64,000 bases of DNA from an uncultured Gammaproteobacteria bacterium (GTDB lineage: Bacteria; Pseudomonadota; Gammaproteobacteria; Magnimaribacterales; TMED112), in contig CAJXFH010000002.1 of assembly GCA_913052565.1 (NCBI GenBank), forward strand, positions 39,324 through 103,323, read 5' to 3'. Under the pieces are notes generated by a model that saw nothing but the letters and a program-made list of their open reading frames with translations, ran no database searches and was not told the origin of the DNA. The position numbers and the translations under genes were made by a program. The stretch's first letter is position 1. The number at the start of each line of letters is the position of its first letter. Below, in pieces: positions 38,473 through 47,500 of this stretch.

Positions 38473-38490
38473 CAATCAAGAATCTAAATA

Positions 38491-39684
38491 TTAAGCCACT
38501 GATTTTATTTCATCAGTCACCTTTTCAACTGGTAAAGGATTTCGAGACCCAACAGCCTCAGAAATTGAATTGAATCCATCAGCTTTCAGGAGCTTTACTA
38601 AACCTCTGTTGATTTCATTAATATTTTGAGGGCCATCAAAAATCATAGTTGTAATCATGTGGCACAAGCTCGCACCTGAAGTTATTTTTTCATATGCATC
38701 CTTTGCACTAAAGATTCCACCAACACCAATGATTGTTAATTTTCCTCTGGTTCTTCTATATACATGCCTTACTACATTAGTGGCAATTCTTTGTAATGGA
38801 AGTCCACTCATTGCACCTTTTCCTTTTGGCAGCAATCCCTTTGCAGTAGGGTATTCTTCTGGTCGATGTTCAGTATTGAATTCTGGTTTAGCAAGGTTTG
38901 TGCAAACCACACCATCTATTCCAAATTCGACGCAGGCATCAACAATTGTATTTATCTCTTCAATCGTCATGTCAGCAGCAAGCTTCACATATATTGGTTT
39001 ATCTGTAATAGGACGAATCCTTTTATTAATTGCTGTAAGCAAGGCATCAAGATTGCCTTTATCAACAAAAGGCTCACCATCTTGTGTATTTGGACAGCTT
39101 ATATTTACAGTGAAGTAGTCACCTATATCTTTAAATAGAGTCATAGTCTTGAGATAGTCCTCAATTGAGGTTTCTAATTGAAACTCAGGTGTTAGATTTG
39201 AGTTCGCTGCATTAATGCCGACACGTAACTCTCCAAAGTCTTCATTTTCCAATCTCTTAGAAATTTTCTCAGCACCTTCATTATTGAGGCCATACCAAAC
39301 AACTATTGCTTTTGATTTAACCATTCGAAATAGTCTTTTTCCTGGGTTACCAGGGCAAACTTCTCCAGTGAACGATCCTAGTTCTGCAAGACCAAATCCA
39401 AGAGAAGGATAAATCTTCGTTAATTCACCGTCTTTATCAAAACCAGCTGATAATCCAATTGGGTTTTTATATTCAACTCCATCGACTTCAGTGTTGAGGC
39501 TCTTATTCTCGTATTTAAAAAATAAGCTTGTAAGTGCTCTTGTAAAAAAATTACTTCCTAAAAAAACACCAACTCTTTTGAGTGAATAATGGGCTTCCTC
39601 TGGATCCATTAAAAAAATAACTGGGCGTAAAATTTGATACCCAATTCTCATAAAGAAATTTCTAATTCCTATAATGCTGTTCAT
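38491..39684 (-). CDS. pyrD: dihydroorotate dehydrogenase, class-2-like architecture
   Basis: 397 aa. It aligns by eye with E. coli PyrD (LDPE.AH, NP.GL.AGFDKDG, GFNN-like GLNNEG, IGVGGI). The catalytic-base motif reads NISCPNT rather than NISSPNT. The true start may be Met12 (39651). Confidence 0.85.
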   Translation of the reverse strand: MNSIIGIRNFFMRIGYQILRPVIFLMDPEEAHYSLKRVGVFLGSNFFTRALTSLFFKYENKSLNTEVDGVEYKNPIGLSAGFDKDGELTKIYPSLGFGLAELGSFTGEVCPGNPGKRLFRMVKSKAIVVWYGLNNEGAEKISKRLENEDFGELRVGINAANSNLTPEFQLETSIEDYLKTMTLFKDIGDYFTVNISCPNTQDGEPFVDKGNLDALLTAINKRIRPITDKPIYVKLAADMTIEEINTIVDACVEFGIDGVVCTNLAKPEFNTEHRPEEYPTAKGLLPKGKGAMSGLPLQRIATNVVRHVYRRTRGKLTIIGVGGIFSAKDAYEKITSGASLCHMITTMIFDGPQNINEINRGLVKLLKADGFNSISEAVGSRNPLPVEKVTDEIKSVA

Positions 39685-39935
39685 TTTTGCTCCTCTGTTA
39701 ACTTAAAATTAACAATTATTAAAAATGATACTATATCACAATATAATTGGAAGTTATAATAACTATAATTGATATTTATAGTACGACAATATAAATGGTA
39801 TTTATGGCTGTTTACTAAAAAAAAATCTTCATTCTCTATGCCTTTGAATCTGAGCCCCTAAAATTCAAACTTTTAACAATTCTTTTTTGTTGCATGAACG
39901 ATGCATTCATATAGTATTAAGTTATCTAAATATTT

Positions 39936-41216
39936 ATGGAATTCATAATAGAAAATTTTTATTTAATTTTAGCCTCAAGTATTATTTTTGGCTTTTTTAT
40001 GGCATATGGAATAGGCGCAAATGATGTTGCTAATGCCATGGGAACCTCTGTTGGTAGCAAAGCTTTAACACTTACCCAGGCTTTAGTGATTGCTGCAATA
40101 TTTGAATTCTTAGGAGCATATTTTGCAGGAGCATCTGTAACCGCAACAATTAGAGAGAACATTGTTGATCCAAGCCTTTATGATGATTCACCAGATGTCT
40201 TTGTTCTTGGCATGATGGCAAGTTTGCTTGCAGCAGGTGCTTGGCTATTAATTTCAACGACTTTTGGCCTTCCTGTATCTACAACACATGCAATTATTGG
40301 AGCCATTGCTGGATTTTCAATCTACTACATTGGTTGGGCATCAGTCAGCTGGACTTATATTTTAGGCGTTACATTTTCATGGCTCATAACACCATTTCTT
40401 GCAGCTGTACTTTCAGGTTTGCTTTATTACAGTGCGAAAAAACTTGTGCTTACTGCTGAAAAGCCAATTGAAGCAGCACGACAATTCATACCAATGTATG
40501 CCGGTTTGGTGGGTTTTAGTATAGCGGCTATAACTCTCAACAAAGGACTAACTAATACACAAGTACCAATTTTAATTTCTGAGTATTTCGCGGGTTATGA
40601 TTTGATAGCAACAATATTTGGTATTGCATTATTTGTTGCGCTTCTTTGTTATGCCATTTCAAGATTTCTTTTATCACATTATGTAAGCAAATCTGATAAT
40701 CCAAATGTTGAAGGTAAGTTTGCAATATTGATGATATTCACTGCATCCTCAATTGCTTTTGCTCATGGTTCTAATGATGTCGCAAATGCTGTAGGACCAA
40801 TGGCAGCAGTAGTTGCCACTATTGAGAACCTTGGTCAGATAAATACTGTTGCAGTGATACCTGAATGGATCTTACTCACGGGAGCAATAGGAATAGTAAT
40901 TGGTATGCTTACGCTTGGTTATAAGGTTATAAGAACTGTTGGAGAAAAAATTACTAAGCTCAAACCAAGTAAAGGTTTTGCTGCCGAAATGGCAACTGCT
41001 ATTGTTGTTGTAGTGGGAAGTGTGGCTGGAATTCCTCTTTCAACAACACACACATTAGTTGGAGCAGTAATTGGAATAGGTGTTTTTAGTAGCAATAAGG
41101 TCAATTATAATTCCGTGATTCAAATCGGAGCATCTTGGCTCATAACAATTCCTGGTGGTGCAATTCTTTCAATAATCTTTTTTGTACTGTTAAAATCTAT
41201 TTTCGGAGTAGCTTGA
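39936..41216 (+). CDS. pit: inorganic phosphate transporter, PiT family
   Basis: 426 aa, polytopic, with the duplicated PiT signatures GANDVANAMGTSVGS and GSNDVANAVGP. Confidence 0.9.
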   Translation: MEFIIENFYLILASSIIFGFFMAYGIGANDVANAMGTSVGSKALTLTQALVIAAIFEFLGAYFAGASVTATIRENIVDPSLYDDSPDVFVLGMMASLLAAGAWLLISTTFGLPVSTTHAIIGAIAGFSIYYIGWASVSWTYILGVTFSWLITPFLAAVLSGLLYYSAKKLVLTAEKPIEAARQFIPMYAGLVGFSIAAITLNKGLTNTQVPILISEYFAGYDLIATIFGIALFVALLCYAISRFLLSHYVSKSDNPNVEGKFAILMIFTASSIAFAHGSNDVANAVGPMAAVVATIENLGQINTVAVIPEWILLTGAIGIVIGMLTLGYKVIRTVGEKITKLKPSKGFAAEMATAIVVVVGSVAGIPLSTTHTLVGAVIGIGVFSSNKVNYNSVIQIGASWLITIPGGAILSIIFFVLLKSIFGVA

Positions 41217-41704
41217 TGGAGTTTGAATATTGGATTGAATTGGTAAACAAAATAGTGAATATAATCACAGGGCCAGCGGTGATCTTTAGTGTCTGGTTTC
41301 TTGTTGCGCAAATACAAACTCAAATTAAAGTCGGTAAGGCAGCATCTCGTCAATCAATTGCAGAAGCACATCAGGAAGTTACTCTTGCAGGCCTTGACCC
41401 ACTTTTAATGAGAGCCAAATTGAAACTTATAAAAAAAGAAGAGTTATCTATTGATGAAGAAGTTGGTTTAAGAATACATATGACAGCAATTTTAAGAGCA
41501 AGAGAAAATCACTTTTATCAACATAAGATGGGCATGTTAGATGACGAAGAATGGAAAACCATGAGAAAAGCACTAGGAACGTTATTTATCGATAACACAC
41601 TAAATCTGGATATTTGGAGTAAAAGTAAATCAACTTTTAATCCTGAGTTTGTCCGTATAGTTGACGAAGAAATAGAAATGAGAAAGGATACCTTTAAAAA
41701 ATGA
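41216..41704 (+). CDS. hypothetical single-TM helical protein
   Basis: 162 aa counting from the ATG that overlaps the pit stop (TGATG). It has an N-terminal TM (IITGPAVIFSVWFLVAQI) followed by a charged helical region. No family is recognised. The track start 41135 lies inside pit. Confidence 0.5.
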   Translation: MEFEYWIELVNKIVNIITGPAVIFSVWFLVAQIQTQIKVGKAASRQSIAEAHQEVTLAGLDPLLMRAKLKLIKKEELSIDEEVGLRIHMTAILRARENHFYQHKMGMLDDEEWKTMRKALGTLFIDNTLNLDIWSKSKSTFNPEFVRIVDEEIEMRKDTFKK

Positions 41705-42789
41705 GCGACAAAACCCAACTAAAATTCATCTCAAAAGCTTTGCTTATGCATCAAAGACCATTTCTTATTACAAAGACAGATGGAGATGTTCTTTGGATTA
41801 ATAACGCTGGAAAATACATCTTTTCAATGGAAGATAATGACAAGCTTGATCTTATCTTTGTTGATAAAAAAGACTTAGATAAAGCTAAGTTTGATTCAGA
41901 TATAGCAGACTCATTCGATGTATTTTTAAAAATAAATTTAAGGGCACAAAGTCTCTATATGCGTGTGCTTTTACATGTAATACCTGTAGAAGATGAAAAT
42001 TATTATTTGGTTGAATTTGTTTCAAACTCAAAAGAAAATCTCTTCGCCTTAAAAACTGTTATATCTTGTTTAGAAAATGATCGAATAGGTATGTATTATC
42101 AAAAGCAGTACAGGCTTACTGGTAAAAAAGAAGTCACAGGTGTTGAAGCGCTGATTAGGTTTTTCAATGAGGATGGCTCAATTATTCCTAATGACAAGAT
42201 TATTCCTTATATCGAAGGGGAAAGTATTTTTTCTCTTGTGGTTACTTCTTCCATGAATCTAGTAAAAGAGTTTTTTGATGCGAGAAAGGAAAAGGGTCTT
42301 GACGGAACAACTTTATATTTTAATGTTTCTGCACACACAGTTCTGCATAAAGACTTTTTATCAATATTTAAAGAATTCATAAATAGCTCTGGAATAAAGA
42401 AAGGTGATTTTGGTATTGAAGTTACTGAAACAGCAGAACTGAATAATTTATCTTTAGCATCTTTGAGATTATCAAGTATTAAGAATCTTGGTGTTTCAAT
42501 AGCATTAGATGATTTTGGGGCTGGCTACTCAGCTCTAAGATATTTAAAGGACTTACCTATAGACCTTCTCAAGCTTGACAAAAGTTTTACCAATGAAATG
42601 GCTGAGGCACACAATCAAAGCTTAATTCAGATTGCAAAGCTCATGGCTGATTCATTATCTATGGAATTTATTTGTGAAGGGTTGGAAGAAGAATGGCAGA
42701 TTGAGAAAGCCATTTCTTTAGGCTGTGAGCGCGGGCAGGGGTATTTCCTTCATAAGCCATGTAGCCTTGATGACCTAAATAATGAATAA
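41701..42789 (+). CDS. PAS-like sensor + EAL domain c-di-GMP phosphodiesterase
   Basis: 362 aa. The N-terminal ~110 aa are PAS-like (PFLITKTDGDVLWINNAGKYIF). The EAL signature set is intact: EALIRF, FNVS, EVTE, DDFGAGYS, KLDKSF, EGLEEE, GQGY. Confidence 0.85.
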   Translation: MSDKTQLKFISKALLMHQRPFLITKTDGDVLWINNAGKYIFSMEDNDKLDLIFVDKKDLDKAKFDSDIADSFDVFLKINLRAQSLYMRVLLHVIPVEDENYYLVEFVSNSKENLFALKTVISCLENDRIGMYYQKQYRLTGKKEVTGVEALIRFFNEDGSIIPNDKIIPYIEGESIFSLVVTSSMNLVKEFFDARKEKGLDGTTLYFNVSAHTVLHKDFLSIFKEFINSSGIKKGDFGIEVTETAELNNLSLASLRLSSIKNLGVSIALDDFGAGYSALRYLKDLPIDLLKLDKSFTNEMAEAHNQSLIQIAKLMADSLSMEFICEGLEEEWQIEKAISLGCERGQGYFLHKPCSLDDLNNE

Positions 42790-44221
42790 GAAAGAAAAGA
42801 TAATTCTTACACAAATTAAACAAGATTTTACTACCCCTGTTGATGCAATTTCTGATTATATAAACCTCATAATAGATAGCTCAGATATTTATGAAGATGA
42901 AATATCAGATGAATTTGAAAATATAAGAAAATCTTCTAGGACTTTAAGAGTTAATTTTAATGAGGCATTTTCTGAGTATGCTGAGCTTAAAAAGAAAACA
43001 ATCGCAAATGACGAGGAAGCATCTATCCTTAGGCATGATCTCCGTACACCTCTTAATGGAATAATAGGATACAGTGAAATTCTGATAGAAGATTATGAAG
43101 ACGACATAGACGAAAAACATAATCAAGATTTAAACCACATAATTGATTTAGCAAAAGAAGTTGAGGGAGCAATTTCAAGATTTGTCGATTTTCTTAAAGG
43201 TGGAGCTGAAAAAGATGCTGAAGAACAATCAGATGATGATAGTGCCGAAAACTTATTTAGTTCACTTGGGAAAATTGAGTACAAGCTTGAAATTATTGAT
43301 GAAATTAAGGAAGCAAAAATACTTGTTGTCGATGATATAAAAACAAATTGTGATGTTCTAAAAAGAAGACTTGAAAGTTTTGAATTTAAAGTTGATGTTA
43401 GCATGTCAGGCAAAGACGCTTTGGAGCAAATTTCAAATAATAAATATGATCTTGTCCTTCTGGATGTACTTATGCCTGAGGTTAATGGTTTAGAGGTGTT
43501 AATAAAGATTCGAGAACAATATTCAGCAGATAAATTACCCGTAATAATGGTTTCTTCATTTGATGATGTTGAAAGCATCTCGAAATGCATTCAGCTTGGG
43601 GCGTCAGATTACTTGTCAAAACCTGTAAATTCGACAATTCTCACACAAAAGGTGGCTTCGACACTTGAAAGAAAATCATTAAGAGAAAGAGAAGAACAGC
43701 TTCTATCAGAGCTGCATAGGCAAGCCATTACTGACGAAATGACGGGTATTCCGAATAGAAGATATGTTTTTGATCATTTAGAGAAAAGTTTTGATGACAT
43801 AGAAAAAAATTCAAAGGAACATTTTGCAGCAGCAATATTCGATATTGATCATTTCAAGCATGTGAATGATACTTACGGTCATGCCGCTGGAGATGAAATA
43901 ATCAAGAAGGTCAGTAATATTGCTACTTCAGTTGTAACAGCTCCTGATATATTTGGAAGAATAGGCGGCGAAGAATTTTTAGCTGTGGTTTATAACAATT
44001 CTAAGAATCATCTAGAACAAATTTGTGAAAAAATAAGAACAAGTATTGAGAATGAAGAAACTTTATTTGATAATCAAAAAATAAGAGTAACAATAAGCGG
44101 CGGTGTTTGCTTTAGTGATGAAAGCACCAGTGTTTCTGATTTGGTAAACAAAGCTGATGAAAGACTCTACCTTGCCAAGAAAAATGGCAGAAATAGATTC
44201 TATTTAAGTGAGGAAACGTAA
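42782..44221 (+). CDS. tandem DHp(HisKA-like) - REC - GGDEF protein (diguanylate cyclase response regulator with kinase-less His module)
   Basis: 479 aa. Residues ~11-65 form a degenerate H-box helix hairpin (QDFTTPVDAISDY). Residues ~80-139 form a canonical H-box (RHDLRTPLNGIIGYSE, His85). There are no N/G1/F/G2 ATPase boxes. The REC domain is complete (DD184-185, D228, S, K). The GGDEF domain has GGEEF, and the RxxD I-site position reads TAPD. Confidence 0.85.
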   Translation: MNKKEKIILTQIKQDFTTPVDAISDYINLIIDSSDIYEDEISDEFENIRKSSRTLRVNFNEAFSEYAELKKKTIANDEEASILRHDLRTPLNGIIGYSEILIEDYEDDIDEKHNQDLNHIIDLAKEVEGAISRFVDFLKGGAEKDAEEQSDDDSAENLFSSLGKIEYKLEIIDEIKEAKILVVDDIKTNCDVLKRRLESFEFKVDVSMSGKDALEQISNNKYDLVLLDVLMPEVNGLEVLIKIREQYSADKLPVIMVSSFDDVESISKCIQLGASDYLSKPVNSTILTQKVASTLERKSLREREEQLLSELHRQAITDEMTGIPNRRYVFDHLEKSFDDIEKNSKEHFAAAIFDIDHFKHVNDTYGHAAGDEIIKKVSNIATSVVTAPDIFGRIGGEEFLAVVYNNSKNHLEQICEKIRTSIENEETLFDNQKIRVTISGGVCFSDESTSVSDLVNKADERLYLAKKNGRNRFYLSEET

Positions 44222-44580
44222 TGGCTTACATTTTAATTGTTGAAGATAATGAGATGAACAGAGATATGCTCGGTAGAAGGCTTGAGAGAAGAGGGTTTGA
44301 AATTCAATTTGCTCTCGATGGCCAAGAAGGTCTGGATAGTATGAGAGCAAGAAAACCTGATTTGGTTTTAATGGATATGGGCTTACCTGTATTAGATGGT
44401 TGGCAAGCTACGTCCCAAGCTAAAGAGGATCCTGAACTCAAAGATATACCTATTATTGCTCTAACAGCTCATGCTTTAGAAACAGATAGACAAAAAGCTC
44501 TAGCAGCAGGTGCAGATGATTTTGATACCAAGCCAGTCGATATAAAGAGATTGCTAGAAAAAATAGGTAAATTTATTTAG
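44221..44580 (+). CDS. stand-alone receiver (CheY-like) response regulator
   Basis: 119 aa with ILIVEDNE, LVLMDMGLP, ALTAH and DTKP. Its start overlaps the upstream stop (TAATG). Confidence 0.9.
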   Translation: MAYILIVEDNEMNRDMLGRRLERRGFEIQFALDGQEGLDSMRARKPDLVLMDMGLPVLDGWQATSQAKEDPELKDIPIIALTAHALETDRQKALAAGADDFDTKPVDIKRLLEKIGKFI

Positions 44581-47500
44581 AGTCTTCGCCCTTTAAAATC
44601 TGATTCACTTCATTAACCAACGTTTGAACTTTTGACTCTTTCTTAACAATGCCCTCAGTGAATTTGCTTAACATTTTTTCTTCAACTGCTGTAATATCCT
44701 TTCCTGAAAAAACAACAATAGGAATTTTAATTCCATCCTCTTGAGTTCGCTCAATAAATTCGAAGCCATCCATTTTTGGCATATCTAGGTCTAAAACAAT
44801 GAGGTCTGGTTTCTCCTTAACTCTTTCTAATGCATCTTCACCATTTTTGGCATCAATTGAAAGATAACCCTCATTATTTAGAATTTTGTTTAAAAGGTCT
44901 CTTGTATTTTCATCATCATCAACAATTAATACTTTCTGATTTTTTTCTGTTATATATCTTTTAACGATATTGAGGAAAAAAGTTCTATCAATTGGCTTCT
45001 TCATATAATCATCAGCACCAAGTGAAGTCGCAAGACTCTCTTCATTTAAAACTGATGTAATTACTACAGGGATATCTTTTAGTTTTTTGTCTTTTTTTAA
45101 CTCTTTTAAGACAGACCAACCATCTCTTCCAGGCATTAAAACGTCAAGCAATATGAGCTTAGGAGTATTTTTCCTTGCTTGTTCTATCCCTTCATCTCCA
45201 TCAAAACAACTAAAGACTGTATGACCCTCTTTTTTGATTGCCCTTTTTACAACATCGTGAGTAGCTTTATCATCATCTACCAAAAGAATATATTCATCAC
45301 CGTCTTTAATATCTGGATTTTCAAAATCCTCATCTTCAACTGTTTCCTCATCTATTGAAACGCGGGGTACATATATGCTGAATGTACTTCCTTCTCCAAC
45401 TTTGCTTGATACTTCTACACCCCCGCCCATCATTTCAGCAAAATGCTTTGATATCGATAATCCGAGACCGGTACCACCATACTTTGCGCTTGTAGACCTT
45501 TCAGCCTGAGTATATGTGTCAAATAATTTACCTAATTGTTCTTCTGACATTCCAATACCTGTATCTTTAATATCAAAGTTAACAAATTCTTTACCATCAA
45601 CATCTTTAGAGGTAATGACTAATGCAACTTGTCCATTCTCTGTAAATTTAAAAGCGTTACTCAAGAAATTTACGATACATTGTCGAAGCTTTGTCTCATC
45701 ACTTGTCATTTCACCACCAATATTATTTTTGATAATAAATTCATTATTATTCTTAGCAGCTAAAGGATTCGACACATCTTTAATTGTTTCAATCATCACA
45801 TCTATATTGAATGGAGTGAAATACATATCCATTTTTCCTGCTTCTATCTTCGATAAATCAAGAACATTATTAATAAGAGATAGAAGGTGTTTGCTTGAAT
45901 TAGTAATTCTTTTAAGATCCGGTACCATGTCATCATTGCCTAAATCCTCGCAATCCTCTAAAAGCATTTCACTATATCCAATAATAGCGTTTAGCGGTGT
46001 TCTAAGCTCATGCGACATATTTGCGAAGAATCTAGATTTTGCCGAACTCGCTTCACGGGCTTCGTCTCGTGCAGTTGCCATTTCTTTTGTTTTGAGATCA
46101 ATCAAAGCATTAACTTCATCTGACATTCTTGAAAACGCAAGCTCCATCATTTCAACTGATGCTTCCTCAGCTTTTTCATCAGAAGCTTCATTTACAAGAT
46201 TCTTCATATTCTGAACATCTTTTTGAATAAGAGTTTTGGCTTCGCCTTCTAATTTTTCAGATAATATGCTCATCTTTTTAATGATCACTTCATCTCTTTG
46301 TTTTCTACGCTCAGCTCTATCTTGTCTAACTGAATCCATTTCAAGTAAGTGATTTCTGTATCTCGCTAGTGCGTTAGATAATTGCCCAACTTCATTAGTT
46401 TCTGAGGACAGAAAACCTTTATTAGACGGGATGGTTTTTTTGGTATCTCCTTTTGTAAGTGCCTCGAGGACTTCAATAGCTTGCGCAATTCTACTAAAAG
46501 CACCATCTTGCACCCACCAAATTGCTAAAACTATAAGAATGATCACGCCAAATGTGAAAATAATAGAATTTAATGTTGAGTCTCTTAGTTCTTTAAGATC
46601 GTTGGCAACATTCTTGATTACAAAAAATAAAGCAAAGTCAGGGTTAACAGTTGATGCAACAGGTACTGAAGTTAATGAAAGTCCAAGTGCCTCAAAATTT
46701 TTGGAATTCATGTTTTCGAGACCATTTTTTAGAATATCGTTTTTAATATAATTAAAACTAACTTGATTAATGCCAAGTGAGTCGTCTTGAGATAGGCCAT
46801 CAGTAAAAACTGCATCAATAATTTTGTTTTGACTTACAATTCCAGTACGAACACCAAGATCACTTTCAAATACTGTCATTGACTGCCTAAGATCTCGACC
46901 GAGTATCACTGATCCTAAAAGTTTATTGGTATTGAATCCAAACTCATTTTTTAAGTAGATTGGAAAAGCTACGATTTGATGCAAATTTATATTTCCATTT
47001 GGAGCTTGAGCATAAATTACCTCGTTTGTAACGCTCATCCTGCTTCTGATTTTTTCTAGGAATGCTCCTGTTGAATCGTCTCTAAGAAAATTAAGATCAT
47101 TTGAATCGCCACAAACATCTATTGAATTACCTACATCTGCCCAGTCAAAGGCATAAAGACAAGTAAGCTCTTCATTATTCTCATTGAAAAGTTTTATAAA
47201 GCTTATGTTCCCTTCATCAATTTCGTCTAAGAACATTTCATCCACTAAAATAAAAAGATCGCCTCGAAGCTCTTGATCGAAAGATTCAATTAATGCATTC
47301 GCGTAGTCAAAACCTTCTATACCAATTTCTGTGAATAGACCAATTTCAACGTAAGGATTCCAGTATTGCTCACCTTTCTCTCCATTTGGCCCCCAAGAGT
47401 TCATATTTGAAAAACTGTTATCTATGGACTGAACCCATGCTGATTCTACAATGCTTGTATATTGACTGTTAGATGATTTTTCTTGAATGCTCTGATTCTG

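Noticed and set aside
38389-38475. The track's N-terminal extension of the S9 peptidase (MKAPLWGLFFTRMNN...)
   Set aside because: The extension is encoded by the pyrD terminator hairpin plus its U tract (AGGCCCC-UUUAU-GGGGCCU-U8). The Met at 38388 gives a proper signal peptide.
36228-38475. A possible genomic island integrated at the tRNA(CAU) gene
   Set aside because: There is no integrase, no duplicated tRNA 3' end and no obvious compositional shift. The adjacent gene is an ordinary secreted S9 peptidase followed by pyrD.
38657-39138. Two plus-strand ORFs (153 aa and 90 aa) inside pyrD
   Set aside because: The sense-strand PyrD alignment is continuous through this region, and the antisense products have no recognisable features.
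39800-39835. A Pho-box-like sequence upstream of pit (CTGTTTAC...CTTCATT)
   Set aside because: The half-sites are degenerate and 19 bp apart rather than at the 11-bp periodicity of CTGTCAT-N4-CTGTCAT.
41135-41215. The track's upstream start for the 189-aa ORF, overlapping pit by 82 nt
   Set aside because: The extension lies within the last TM segment of PiT in another frame and is Trp/Cys/Asn-rich. The ATG at 41216, forming TGATG with the pit stop, fits the coupling pattern used throughout the window.
43123-43590. A 155-aa ORF antisense to the DHp-REC-GGDEF gene
   Set aside because: It is a shadow ORF within a gene whose sense frame carries complete REC motifs. The composition is Ser-rich and low-complexity.
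45516-46214. A 232-aa ORF on the plus strand, antisense to the hybrid histidine kinase
   Set aside because: It is entirely inside a strongly supported kinase gene. Its Ser/Leu/Phe-rich, low-complexity composition is what the reverse complement of a Lys/Glu/Asp-rich AT-biased gene produces. It has no motifs and no start context. I treat it as a shadow ORF.
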